DNA of 64,000 nucleotides from Hormiphora californensis. Taxonomy: Eukaryota; Animalia; Ctenophora. How positions within the stretch are numbered: the stretch's first letter is position 1; each line of letters starts with the position of its first letter. Both the position numbers and the translations under genes were made by a program. The DNA lies in the NCBI GenBank assembly GCA_020137815.1, contig CM035353.1, positions 4,588,001-4,652,000 of the forward strand, read 5' to 3'. Under the pieces are notes generated by a model that was given only the letters and a program-made list of their open reading frames with translations, had not been told where the DNA came from and searched no databases. Of the stretch, positions 27,117 to 40,105 are shown in pieces.

Positions 27117-28239
27117 TTAATATAACTAGTGCCGAATAACCAACACCCCTTTTCACCCCAAAAGATAGTTGAAAGGTTCATGTAGATTCTCAACTCTACA
27201 TATGCCCGGTAATTCTAGAGCACTCCCGCTTCAGCGAGTATTTTTTCTTTGTCCTTGTTGGACCCTGTACGGGCTGGGCTGCTTTTCTGAACGTAGACAG
27301 GCCCTCATATGATCACATGTACGGCCTTCCCATGTCCATCGGTACCCCTCCTTCGTCTTCACACTTTCACAGAGGTCCCGTAACGTGTTACTTGTCCCTT
27401 GTAATCTTATACTCGGTGGGGGTTGGTCTTATTCTTCAATCATAATCTTTAAATTATAAGTTATCTATTTTCATCTCCGCTTATTGCTTAGTTACCTAGT
27501 ACCAGTCATCCAAAATTTGGTTTCTTTAATTTGGACTGCCTGTTGCACTTCGTTATAGTAGCAGTGAGCCAGATTCAAACTGTGAAACCCGTATTTTAAC
27601 AGCACGAATCAGAATCTTGATTCGTTACCCAATAGAGATTGTCAATTTGTCTCTGTATCAGTCTTGATAGGTCTTCTAGTGCATCCTTAGATCCCTTGTG
27701 GTGATCATCTGCACTATTCCGCTGTCGAATGAGGTCTGCTTGATGTAATCTTGGAGGACGTTCTTTCTCTCCAGATCTGGCATTCTGGAAAATCGCCAAT
27801 CAAAGTGCCTCTAAAGATTGTCATCTGTTACTCTGTATACACCATGGTTCTGACAGCCGACTCGATGCTGACTGCTACAAGTATCCCTTATGATGTATCC
27901 CTTATGGTGATCATCTGCACTATTCCTGGAATACATATAGTATTCCGCTGTCGAATGAGGTCTGCTAGGTTGCGTGCTGGTATTACCCCTCTTTACTTTA
28001 TGAAATATTGCAGGCGATTTATAAGCTTTTCTTTTGCAGTTTTTTTCGGTGAACTCCTGAAAAAGTACTATAGAGTTTCTATTCAGCTGAATAGAAACTC
28101 TATAGTACTTTAGAAAATATCAATTACTTTCGGTCGTCAGGGTCAGGCGATTTTTGTGCGATAGTAAAAGGGTGACTTTGTCAGGAAGGCTCTAAATTTC
28201 CATATCTTGAAAAGGACCTAAGTTACCTGTGCCAGTCGT

Positions 28240-29445
28240 GATTAGGAAGGGGATCATACTTTGGGAGGGGGGGGGGGTACCATTAGTCAAGAATTCATTA
28301 ATAACATCAGTATACTGGGAGGGGACATATAATCACTTACCTTTGCATTAACTCCTAACTTTACCTTTAGCATCTCCATGATGGCTGAGGCCCTGGCTGC
28401 CCAGTGTGCCACCTTCCATGTTATGCATGGCTTAGAATCCTGCCTAATAATGGTCTTACAAACCTCGAAATCATTATTGACGATTGACCATAGATCGAGT
28501 TTCATTAGCAGCTTGATACGTCCCTTTGTGACGTAGCACTAAATCCATTTTTCAGGATTCTTGCGTTAACCACAGCTGTAACTAACCTTGCAGTCTCCTA
28601 TAGACCCAAATGGCTGGTGGTCAACTATGATCCTCTGGATCATCCTTACCTGTAATAGTGGCTTGAGCCACTGATACGTCACCTGTATTGGCCAGTTTAG
28701 CCAGCTCTTCATCGCCATTACCATTCCACGTCCACGTCTTTGGCTTTCTTAAATTGGAAAAAGGGCATTTTTCCAATACCCTCGAGTTGAACGTGTGTTA
28801 CCTTATCAGAGTTCCAGACTAACGTCTTCACCAACAAATCATTTGTCTCACCAGCCGATTTTATGGCTGTTAGTGTGGTTTTGGAGACGACAGTCAGTCC
28901 AATTCTCCCCAACACATTTATTCCGTTATCTGACAACCCTTGACTTTGGAGATAAATGGACATCTGTCCAGCACGGACGAGTACTCGGCGTCTACAGTTA
29001 ACATTGCTCCGTCGAACACCAACTTTTCCCCGTTTATACCTATATGCTGTCGCGTTTTTTATTAACTAAATTGATTATATATTATTCAGTCCATCACGAG
29101 TTAACAGGAAGTTTAGTCGTGGTGGAGGTTGCATTTGTCGTCGTTGCTTGGTAGATACTTTTCATACTCTTCTAGAACCTCTAGCATACCCGGGATCGTT
29201 TGCTCACATTTGTCATGCAAGCCCAGCGGAATGACAACTGACATGTTTTCCATGACATCCGAAAATTCGTGCGGAACATGCCATAGCACATCCTTCTCAA
29301 ACCGATGGTATTTCTTCAACCTTTTCACAAGAAAAGCCACAGATACTTCACCTGCATCGGCCAGTTGGGCCATCTCCTCATCAACGTTCCATTCCACTAA
29401 TTCTGGATTTGGATAATTTCTTCCCATGTACTTGAAGTCTGCCAA
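28240..29445 (-). pseudogene. Scrambled DUF6589-like / AcademH transposase fragments
   Basis: ORF 29113..29445 HVPHEFSDVMENMSVVIPLGLHDKCEQTIPGMLEVLEEYEKYLP is paralogous to the 23.9-kb exon. Blocks are shared with 24.5-25.2 kb in a different order. Confidence 0.7.
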
Positions 29446-30120
29446 TGTCTTCTAAAAAAGTCTACAATTAGGGAAGTTGGAGCGTCAATTTATTTATCAA
29501 TCATGTTTACTATATTCCGGACACCTAGCCACTGAGGCTAGTTTTGATGGAACTTTAAAATCGTCACCTGTATCTGATACAGAGGCAGTACTACCGCCTG
29601 CTACTACTCCTGTACCGGCCGAAGCCCAACTATCTTTATCTGTATCGTCCTTTAAGGACTCCTTACCTGTAGTGGTGGCTCCTGCCACTGATACTTCACC
29701 TGTAGTAACCAATCTGGCTATTTCCTCATCCACGTTCCAGTCTAATTCTGGATCTGGATCTGGTGGCTGGATGCTCCCCATCAGCCGTTGTATTCTAAAA
29801 TAGTCTACAAGGGAAGTTGGAGCGACAATTTATTTAGTCCAAGTTACGAAATCTGAATCTGTATCTGTTCCTTTATCTATAAAACTATCTTATAATCGAC
29901 TATATGTATTGCTATAATCTATATATCTAATAAATATTATGACTCTGTAATGCCACCGATGTAAAGCAGTTTAATTAGCCATATGGCCATATTAAAACCT
30001 ATATTTAAATGCTCTTTATTTTTATCTTCTATTCCGCCAAAACGGCTTTTATCTCTCGACGGGCCTCCTCGCCCACCCACTCCGGGAGCGTTCCGGCCAA
30101 ATGAAGAAATTTATTATTAC

Positions 30121-30423
30121 CTGCAATGACCAGAGAAACTCGGTGAGGTCATAGGATCTCGGAACGTTGATGATAAAGTTCCGGTAAGTGCCAGCCTGGG
30201 CCGGGCGATAATGTACGCCATATCCGCTTGTTTACAGACATCATGATTTGCAGGCACTGGGGGAGAACAAACGAGAGGTGCTTGGCCAGGAAGGTCTTTC
30301 CAGATCCTCCTAGTTTATCAGTGACCCAGGTCTCAGATGATCCCTCGGTAGGAGTACTCCGGGTACTGGAGAAGGTGTTTCTGCGGAAAGGAATTTCTTC
30401 TTGGCAGATTTCTCAGCCTCCAG
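30121..30423 (-). pseudogene. CRESS-DNA-virus Rep-like SF3 helicase fragment, splice-site bounded and frameshifted
   Basis: Manual translation across frames gives WVTDKLGGSGKTFLAKHL (Walker A), CKQADMAYII and RNFIINVPRS (Walker-B position, cf. FDIPRS of nanovirus/alphasatellite-type Reps). Acceptor ctgcag and donor gtaat. Confidence 0.65.
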
Positions 30424-31043
30424 CTGCAGAAGGATATATGTTTAATTTATTTACTATTTTTAAAAACCTATCCCTAACCCTAAGTCACAGGGTCGCAGGA
30501 CAGGTAACTGGTTGCTTATCACCAAAGATTTTGAAGAAGTATGTATACAGATTTTCCACTCTTCGGGATCTCTGTACTTCAAGGTTTCGTACTTACAGGT
30601 CCTCATCTTGAGTTGTTGGTCGGTGATCTTGACCGACGCAACTGTTCACTGATTCCACTCTAGTGGATAGTGCATTGCCTACTTCCTGGAAATGACCATA
30701 TATGTTAATGTTAGTCTTTTTTAGTTTAGTCCTAAATATTTTTCAAATTTTTTTAGTGTGATCATTAGCCCGTGCTATTGATATTTTTTCTCGGCCCCTG
30801 CTTAGCCACACTAATGGGCTGGAAGATCTGACGATTCTGCGTAGAATGCAAAAAAACGAAATTGAAAATATTAAAGGGGCCACTGTTTCTTCTCAGTTAA
30901 AGTTAGGTAGTTTCGTTGAAAACTTTCAATTTTGTCACAATGGACTCCCCCAGCCATTTCTGCCACTATATTGTGAGATAAATATGACACTGATCATTCC
31001 TTGGTAACCTTTTCCATAATTTTTATCGAAAATTTATTTTTCA

Positions 31044-31351
31044 CTAGCGCACCCATTGGGTGCGCCTCAAGTAAGGGTTTTTTGATAACCCACCCGGCTT
31101 CGCCGGGTGGTTCTTTTCGCCCTTTCAACGTCAATAACACGGTTGCCATGGCAACTGAATTGGTAACTATGGGGACTGGCCTGTTAAAAGTCATTTGAAA
31201 TATTAAGAAATTTCCACTGGAACTTCAGAAAGTGTGAATAACAGCTTTACAGCTTTCGTCATATGAAGTGTTTTATGAAGGAGCAGCCTGTCGCTTAGAT
31301 ACCGCTGAACGAACGACCATCACGACGTTCATCTCCAAATTATAATATAGA
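31044..31351 (-). mobile_element. Non-autonomous Helitron
   Basis: Minus strand: A|TCTATATTATAATTTGGA...hairpin GCGCACCC-AAT-GGGTGCGC-TAG|T; no TSD; related copy at 41371-41508. Confidence 0.75.
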
Positions 31352-31658
31352 TTCCTTCATTCATTTCTCGTTCATTTATGATATGAGCATCCTAATTTTC
31401 CATCCTTATCCTATTTTTCTTTGGGTTGAATTTATCTTTCCAATGAGCACCATAAAAATTAAAAACGAAATTTAAGCACCAGGTCACATGGCAGTTGAGA
31501 AAATACACATGCATGATTTTTGCTCTTCCTGCAACTTTCAATCAGCTGTATCACGGCTATATCTTTTTAAAATTTTGGTTGAACATTGGATAAACAAAGA
31601 TCTTTGCTGACAAGAAAAATCAAGGTCAAAACTCAAAGTTCATTTTTCATTGTTGGCA

Positions 31659-31799
31659 CAGTCGGACCCCGATTTACCGGGATCCTCGGGGGAAAGGGTT
31701 TTGCCCGGCAAATCGGGGTGCTCGGTATATCGGGGTAAAATAACGTCAATTTCCTATATCAGGGGAAGTTTATCATCCCGGTAAATCGGGGTCCGACTG
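31659..31799. mobile_element. pogo/Tc1-like MITE (CAGTCGGACCCCGAT family)
   Basis: TIR CAGTCGGACCCCGATTTACCGGG; TA on the right, CA on the left. Confidence 0.85.
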
Positions 31800-31937
31800 T
31801 ACTCCAATCCAAAGCAAAGTTGCTATTTTTGGTCAAGGCTGAAAATACAGGTAAAAGGGCGTTGGAGTGGAAAATTTTTTTGGTGTTTTTGGCACCCCAA
31901 CGTGAACCCCGGTCGGATTTCATGAACACGTATATAC

Positions 31938-32003
31938 GATACATATATCGTCTTAAAGTCAAAAATACATATGTATTTTTGACTTTAAGACGATATATGT
32001 ATC
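31938..32003. repeat. Perfect zero-spacer palindrome (~66 bp)
   Basis: GATACATATATCGTCTTAAAGTCAAAAATACAT|ATGTATTTTTGACTTTAAGACGATATATGTATC. Confidence 0.85.
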
Positions 32004-32273
32004 TGACGATTGGTAAGACTTGGAGCGTCAATCTTGTAACCAAGATGTTCGCCTGACAATTCTCTAGAACAAGCTGGTTTTTGTTAGAACCATTTTGACC
32101 TAATTTTTTTTGATGAGATTTGATTAATTTATTGGAGCCCAGTCATGGCCCAAAATCGCAGGTCACGCAAAGACAGTGGGACACCGTACCCTGTACAATG
32201 CAAGTTGAAAACCTTTGTTATGTCTCAGTTTCCTAAAAAATGACTGGCCTAATAAGACTTGTAACCGGTAATA

Positions 32274-32405
32274 CAGTGGGACCCCTCGATTTACCGGGAG
32301 GATAAATTTCCCTCAGTATAGAAAATTAACGGTATTTTACCCCGATATGCCGGGCACCCCGAGAACCCTTTCCCCCGAGAACCCCGGTAAATCATGGTCC
32401 GACTG
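32274..32405. mobile_element. Degenerate pogo/Tc1-like MITE of the same family
   Basis: TA|CAGTGGGACCCC...GGTCCGACTG|TA. Confidence 0.75.
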
Positions 32406-32479
32406 TATCGGGAATAAAGTGAATTGTAAAACTGTCAACTGAGATTCTGGACGTTTTAATTCAGCTCATTTGTATAAAG

Positions 32480-33822
32480 CAGGAAACGACCGAACCGGGT
32501 TTTTTTCCACCGAACCGAACCGAACCGAATTTGAAAAACTTTTTTACCGAACCGAACCGAACCGAATTTCGGTAATCGAACCGAACCGAACCATACAAAA
32601 CTTTTTCTGTATAAATGTTTCTCTAAAAAGTCATGGAGAGCACCGATCAAGGTATTGAGAATCATTCTCTGAAATTTTGTTAAAAAATGTTTGAAAAAAT
32701 TTCAAAGTCAATTTTGTGAAAAAATTTTCAAAGTCAATTTTATCGTAAATTTTCTATGTCAATTTTTGCGTACGAATCGTGTTTCGAATCGGCAATGCTA
32801 TACGGGAATGGTATTGCTAATTAGCAGGATTAAACGAACCATGACTCGTGTCTCTCTAAATTTCCTAATTAGATTTGATGGGGGATCACGTATCAGCACA
32901 ATCCATCTCGGACCCACTAATTACCAACATCACTCCCGTTTAGCATTGTCGATTAGAAACACGATTCGTATACCATAATTTACTTAAAATATTTTTCACA
33001 AAAAAAATTTCACAAAATTTCAGGTAATGATTCTCAATACCTTGATCGATGCTCTCCATGAATTTTTAGAGAAACATTTAATTTTGTGAAAAAAACTTTG
33101 TAAAATATTTCAATGTCAATTTCGGAAAAAAAATTCTATGTCAATTTTGCCGTACGAATCGTGTTGCGAATCGGTGATGCTATGCGGCAGTGCTCTCGCT
33201 AATTAGCAGGATTTATTGAAACATGAATCGTTTCCCCTAAACTTCCTAATTAGATTTGATGGGGGATCACGTATCAGCATAATCCATCTCGGACCCACTA
33301 ATTAAGCAACATCACTCCCGCTTAGCAATACCGATTCGAAACACGATTCGTACGCAAAAATTGACATAGAAAATTTTCCATAAAATCGACTTTGAAATAT
33401 TTTCCAAACTTTTTTACAAAATTTCAAAGAATGATTCTTAACGCCTTGATCGGTGCTCTCCATGAATTTTTTGAAAAAAAAAGTTTCTGAATTTGTTGAC
33501 CCTCTCATGAGGACACGATTCGACGGGAAGTCAGGTATCAAATCAATCCATATCGAACCCGCTAACTAGCGAAATCATTTCCACATAGCACCACCGATTC
33601 GAAATAGGGTTAATACGGCGAAATTGACATTGAAATCCATACAATTTTCGTGAAATAATTGGAAAATTTTGCATGAAAAAGCCCGATTTCTGGGCATTTT
33701 TTGACCAAAAAGTTCGGTGGTTCGGCCAAAATTTCCTACCGAACCGAACCGAACCGGGCCGCCCAAAAAACACCGAATTTCCGAACCGAACCGAACCGAA
33801 CCGAATATTCGGTCGCTTCCTG
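32480..33822. mobile_element. hAT-like MITE
   Basis: TIRs CAGGAA(A/G)CGACCGAA; 8-bp TSD GTATAAAG (32472-32479 and 33823-33830); CCGAA subterminal arrays. Confidence 0.9.
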
Positions 33823-34197
33823 GTATAAAGTGTGTTGTTCACAAAATACACCAGAAATCAATGTTGTACATTTCACATAAAAAATAGAGGGTCGAATAAT
33901 AAATTGAGAACACGACGTTCGGTACTTATTAACCTTCTTTTACGAAAAAAGATGGTCGAGCAAGCCATCCGAGGTACTGAAGAAGATCAATAATTCTCTG
34001 AGCGTGAATTCTGTAACCTCTGTTCCATGGCCAACACTATATATCGCCTCGTAAATTGGGCACGTCGCGCTATCCCCTGTATGTAACGCGCGAGCCAACC
34101 TCGTAAACCACTTCGTGGTGAAAGTGGGGAATATCTAGCTCTCTGTACTACAGTGGGACGAAGCTGGAACCCGATAATAAAATACAGTAGGTATATA

Positions 34198-36165
34198 ACT
34201 CGACCAAAACGCGGAGTTTTTACGTCAGCCGACCCGAAACCGGATTAAATTTGGCCACCCGCTGGTCTCAGGGCCTCAAAATATGTCAAAATATGTTTAA
34301 ATTGTCAGTTGGGGTCATTTGGACCTTTTAATTACATGTAATTACCCTTTAATTACATGTAATTACCCTTTAATTACATGTAATTACCCTTTAATTACAT
34401 GTAATTACTTCCAATTATATACCAATTACTTCAGCACCTCGAGAGCTTTCGAACGCACCCTAGAACACCTTTCTACTCCTTCCAATTGCCGAGTTCTGTA
34501 TACCCCTTATTTTGACTGTTTTTCGCGTCCTACCCCTTATAGGTTTGGGTATGGCCATCGCCACACCCCCTATACGTCGCGGGACCTCGAGACCTTTCCA
34601 ACGAGCCATAAAACACCTCTCTACTACTTCAGGGGGCTTCAAAACTTTCACTCTAAAAATATCTATGGTTTATGGTTATGGTTATGGTTATGGTTACCTC
34701 GACCAAAACGCGGAGTTTTTACGTCAGCCGACCCGAAACCGGATTAAATTTCCAATTACATTCCAATTACTTCAGCACCTCGAGAGCTTTCGAACGCACC
34801 CTAGAACGCCTTTCTACTCCTTCCAATTGCTCCAAATACGTCAAAATATGTTTAAATTATCATTTGGGATCATGCAGACCTTTTAATTACATGTAATTAC
34901 CCTTTAATTACATGTAATTACCCTTTAATTACATGTAATTACTTCCAATTACATTCCAATTACTTCAGCACCTCGAGAGCTTTCGAACGCACCCTAGAAC
35001 GCCTTTCTACTCCTTCCAATTGCTCCAAATACGTCAAAATATGTCTAAATTGTCATTTGGGGTCATTTAGACCTTTTAATTACATGTAATTACCCTTTAA
35101 TTACATGTAATTACATTTTAATTACATGTAATTACTTCCAATTACATTCCAATTACTTCAGTACCTCGAGAGCTTTCGAACGCACCCTAGAACACCTTTC
35201 TACTCCTTCTAATTGCCGAGTTCAGCATACCCCTTATTTTGACTGTTTTTCGCGTCCTACCCCTTATGGGTTTGGGCACACCCATCGCCACACCCCCTAT
35301 ACGTCGCGGGACCTCGAGACCTTTCCAACAAGCCATAGAGCACCTCTCTACTACTTCAGGGGGCTTCAAAACTTTCACTCTAAAAATATCTATGGTTTTA
35401 TGGTTTATGGTTATGGTTTATGGTTTACTCGACCAAAACGCGGAGTTTTTACGTCAGCCGACCCGAAACCGGATTAAATTTTGCCACCCGCTGGTCTCAG
35501 GGCCTCCAAATATGTCAAAATATGTCTGAATTGTCATTTGGGGTCATTTAGACCTTTTAATTACATGTAATTACCCTATAATTACATGTAATTACATTTT
35601 AATTACATGTAATTACTTCCAATTACATTCCAATTACTTCAGCACCTCGAGAGCTTTCGAACGCACCCTAGAACACCTTTCTACTCCTTCTAATTGCCGA
35701 GTTCTGTATACCCCTTATTTTGACTGTTTTTCGCGTCCTACCCCTTATAGGTTTGGGTATGGCCATCGCCACACCCCCTATACGTCGCGGGACCTCGAGA
35801 CCTTTCCAACGAGCCATAGAACACCTCTCTACTACTTCAGGGGGCTTCAAAACTTTCACTCTAAAAATATCTATGGTTATGGTTATGGTTTTATGGTTAT
35901 GGTTTTTTTTCATCTGGTATTAAGGGCCTGTCGGCTCGGCCCCTTTGTTTTAGTTTTAGGGGGGATGTTTTTGTGGGGATGGGTTGAGTTTGGGTTATAT
36001 TCGGGTCGGGGGGCCTTGCCAGGCCCCGAATGGTTTTTTTTCATCTGGTATTAAGGGCCTGTCGGCTCGGCCCCGTTGTTTTAGTTTTAGGGGGGATGTT
36101 TTAGGGGGGATGAGTTGAGTTTGGGTTATATTCGGGTCGGGGGGCCTTGCCAGGCCCCGAATTGA
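34198..36165 (+). repeat. Complex modular tandem array
   Basis: CTCGACCAAAACGCGGAG... module at ~34199, 34698 and 35428; 21-bp TTAATTACATGTAATTACCCT repeats; ~250-bp modules x3; (GGTTAT)n; a ~130-bp doublet at 35905-36160. Confidence 0.85.
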
Positions 36166-36203
36166 TCTACCCTGACACGTGAGCCACACGGTAGGCGCGC
36201 CTA

Positions 36204-37021
36204 GGCGGACTCTAGTGCCAACGGACTCTATATCTAAACCCAAGGAGGACTCTATATCTAAAAGCGGACTCTTTATCTACAGTTAGACTTTGAAAAAATT
36301 TTAGATAAAGATTCCGCCCAATGTAGACTTTTTAGACATAGAGTCCGCCCTGTGTAGACTTTTTAGACATATAAGAGTCCCCTGGTACATTTTGGCGCCA
36401 AATCCCCCAACCCGGACTCTATATGTCTAAAATCCTAAACCAACCCAAAACCTAACCCTAACCATCACCCTAACCCTAACATCGAACCCAAATAATGGCC
36501 CTAACACTTCTAAATTAGTATAGAGGTACAGCAAACTCTCGTTTCTGGCCTAAGGGGAAACTCTAACTGAATGGCATCCCATTAATGGGATCCCATCAAC
36601 AGTAAAACTCTAACTGATAATGGACCACAGTGATGGTTCTTTCTCTGTATTTTCTCTGTAGGCAGTACATCTATGTACTGCCTACAGAGAGAATACAGAG
36701 AAAGAAATATAGGGCATGCCCGGGCACGGGCGCGCACACAGAGAGAATACAGAGAAAGAACCATCACTGTGGTCCATTATCAGTTAGAGTTTTACTGTTG
36801 ATGGGATCCCATTAATGGGATGCCATTCAGTTAGAGTTTCCCCTAACGGCCGAAATCTCTAGTTCGCTGAGAATGGCAGACTCTATGTCTAATTTAGATT
36901 TATGTAGATATAGAGTCCGCCCTTTGTCCTCCTAGATAAGAGTTTAGACTTGTTTGGACTCATTATCTAAATCTAAATATAGAGTCCGCTGTAGACTTAG
37001 AGTGTAGCACTAGAGTCCGCC
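36204..37021. mobile_element. TA-flanked MITE with GGACTCTA subterminal repeats and telomere-like CCTAAC units
   Basis: TA|GGCGGACTCTAGTGC...GCACTAGAGTCCGCC|TA; degenerate (CCCTAA)n at 36450-36480. Confidence 0.75.
36554..36843. mobile_element. PIF/Harbinger (Tourist-like) MITE nested in the previous element
   Basis: TAA|GGGGAAACTCTAACTG...CAGTTAGAGTTTCCCC|TAA; ~105-bp TIRs. Confidence 0.9.
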
Positions 37022-37067
37022 TACCGATTGGTCAATATTTTGGAACATTTGTTGAACTACAAGCAGC

Positions 37068-37080
37068 GTTACAAAAGGGA

Positions 37081-37141
<61 letters not shown>
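37068..37141 (+). repeat. (GA)n microsatellite
   Basis: Pure GA run. Confidence 0.95.
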
Positions 37142-37145
<4 letters not shown>

Positions 37146-38951
37146 TAGAGGGAGCTAGAATGAGCAGAGAGATCTATTAGTCACTTGAGGAGCTCTCTGC
37201 TATCTGCATATATAGACTCTACGCGCTACTTCTCTCTCTCAGCTTCTCTCTCTCTCTCTCTCTCTCTCTGCTCTGCTCCTCTTTCTCTCTTACAGTCGAC
37301 ATCTGCTAGCTGTACTCCTCTATCTCTCTCCGTCTGACGTCGATTGCTTATCTGCAAGTATCAGGCTACAGCGCTCTCGTGGTCTGGGTGTTATTACTTT
37401 CTAGGAATGCTTACTCCTATGTTGGTGTAGTACGTGTCAGTCACTAGAGATATCAGGGGTGAGTTGGATCGTAATGGTGATGGATGATGATGTGCGAGTT
37501 TATTGATTGTGGAGTAATCTTGTACTCGGTGTTGTGAGAGGTGATCGGGTATTTGTGATGGTGATTGTACTGGTAGTGGATTATCTTTATTATGCTGTTT
37601 GACTTTGTGATATTGGGTGTGGTTTTGGGTGCGTTACGGTTTTAGTTTAGTGTTTGTAGAGGTGTCTTTAGGTTGATTTAGTGTAGGATTTGCATTTTGG
37701 TGTTTGGGAATCTGGTATGGTTAGTGTATGTGAGGTTTGATTATTTTGCGTGGTTTGGTCAGGTTGTGGACGGTTGAGCATAGGTGTTTGTTCAGGTCAC
37801 TTTCTTCTGTTTCTGCGTTTGTCGGTGTAGGTAGGTCTCAGGAGTATGAGGCAAGGTTAGATCGCAGGAGAGGTAGGTCGATCTGTATTTGGCCTAAGAT
37901 TGGGGAGATCTGGCTGGTTAGTTCTCTTCGCTTGATCGTGTATGGAATTTGTGGGAATCGAAGTCGAGGGAACCAGCTGTACGAGGCTTGTCTGTCAACA
38001 GGAGGTCTCTAGAGGCGGATGTGAGAGGCTCGTCTTGATGTGTGTATATTATACTATAGTAGGTAGACGGGAGGTGAGAGTTTTTTTTTACCTTTAAAGA
38101 GAGTAGAGGAGATGGTGAGTATACTAGTTATGTATATTATATCAATGGACCTCACGATCATCCCATTTCAAGTAGTTTGTTTGAAGCATTGCTTTATATT
38201 AGTTAAGGATGCGATTTTACATAAGCGCTGATGTTAAGACTGCTAAAATGAGGAGACCAGTTTGTGTTTAATTATTTTGTAATTGTTCAGACTTCAGCTC
38301 GGGAAATCCTAATTTTTGGGGTTTGGGAAATGTTTAGTTAAATTTGTTTTGGGGTTTTGGGGGGAAGGGGAGGAGGGTGGAGGTTTTTCGGGGGTTTTGT
38401 GGTAAATTTGGGGGTTGGGAAATTGATGTTTGGTTTCGTTTCTTTTCTTCGTTGGGATTTCTGAGGGATTTTGAATGGGGTGGGTTTTTTGGTTGGTCTG
38501 TTGGATATGGGATTTTGAGAGGAGTCTAGGGCTTTTTGTTTTTTTTTGGGGTTTTGTTTGTCCCATTTTTGCTTTTGGAGTTGGAGTTGGTGTTTGTCTG
38601 TTTTTTTTAGTTTTTTTTTGGGTTCGGAGAAGAGATTGGGAGCTGAGCGAGAGATATGTAGATGAGTGAAGTAGGGATGAGCTTAGAGCGGAGAGCTTTT
38701 TGATTGTTTCGAGAAGGGCGAGGTAGAGCTTTTGTTGTAGACGATTGAGAGAGATTGAGCGTTTAGGTTTCTCTCTCTTCTCTCTCATCCTGCCTTCTCT
38801 CTTCTCCGTTCTCGCTTCTCGCTTAGCCCGTCTTCTTTTTCTCTTCCCTTTCAGCTTCGATCGCGCGAATTTTAGTAGAGCTATTCCACTATGTCTATCA
38901 TTTCCTCGCTTTGTACAGCTATTAAAGCTTTATTTTATTATAAACACGATT

Positions 38952-39181
38952 ATAAACACGATGCTTCAAACAAAGCGCTCTCTTTGATCGTATGTTGAGG
39001 CACTTTGTTTTATATTATACATAACTAGTTGTATGACAGGGCACCATGCTTTACTCACCTTTATAAAGGTGAGTAAGGCATGGTGCCATGTCATACAACT
39101 AGTTATGTATAATATATAACAAAGTGCCTCAACATACGATCAATTTCAAAGAGAGCGCTTTGTTTGAAGCATCGTGTTTAT
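38952..39181. repeat. ~230-bp hairpin element
   Basis: Near-perfect inverted repeat centred on CTCACCTTTATAAAGGTGAG. Confidence 0.85.
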
Positions 39182-39425
39182 ATTAAATTAAAGCAATTTG
39201 CGAAACTTTATCTCAAATCGCGTCTGAAGTGTTAAGACTGAATGAAAATAGAAGACGATAGTGCGTTTTTCGCCATAACGAACTCAAATCTTGTCCAATC
39301 GATCTTAAACTAAATTAATAGTTTTGTCCAAAAAATATGACGAAAGACTGAGTATTGGCAGCCAAAATTGTGCCAATTTACCACAAAAATCTCAAAAATC
39401 GTAATTGAGCAAATTTTCACAAATA

Positions 39426-39597
39426 CAGTCGGACCCCGATTTACCGGGATGCTCGGGGGAAAGGGTTTTGCCCGGTAAATCGGGGTGCCCGGTATATCGG
39501 GGTCAAATACCGTTATTTTCCCATATCGGGGGAAGTTTATCCTCCCGGTAAATCGGGGTTCCGGTAAATCGGGGCCCGGTAAATCGGGGTCCGACTG
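39426..39597. mobile_element. pogo/Tc1-like MITE
   Basis: TA|CAGTCGGACCCCGAT...ATCGGGGTCCGACTG|TA. Confidence 0.92.
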
Positions 39598-40021
39598 TAT
39601 CTCAAAAATCACATGGCCAAAATAGGGTAGCTGAGATTCTTGCGGCAGCCCCCCTCCCCCCAATATTCATCCCAGACCCCCATCTTACGTTTTGACCTCC
39701 TCCAGTTCACTAGATTTGAGATACCACAGTTTGTTCGAGTAGTACGTTTTGTCTCTGTCCAGCCTCTCCACTGAGTGTGCTAAGTGAAATTTTTGTCGAC
39801 GCTTGGCCATTAGTTTACCCCTAGATATGAAACTATGGACAATTTTCTACTACATACATCCTGAAAACGGAATTGGGGTAGTGTATGTCAATTACATGGG
39901 CCAGGCGATTAAAAAAGTTTACTTTTTTACCGAAAAATACCGAAATAAGGAAAATATGTGTTTAAAACTTTTAATGGTCAGAGTCGTGTTCAGCGGCTCG
40001 AAACCGATTGGAATTAATATA

Positions 40022-40105
40022 CAGTCGGACCCCGATATACCGGGATGCTCGGGAGAAAGGGTTTTGCCCGGTAAATCGTGTTTCCGGTAAATCGGGGTCC
40101 GACTG
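40022..40105. mobile_element. Short pogo/Tc1-like MITE
   Basis: Same TIRs with TA TSD; 84 bp. Confidence 0.9.

Noticed and set aside
34198-35900. CRISPR-like or coding repeat
   Set aside because: Intervening blocks are themselves repeated, so there is no spacer diversity.
36440-36500. Telomere or interstitial telomeric array
   Set aside because: A few degenerate CCCTAA units internal to a MITE.
38309-38788. 159-aa K/P/Q-rich ORF
   Set aside because: Product of low-complexity, G/T-skewed and possibly erroneous sequence.
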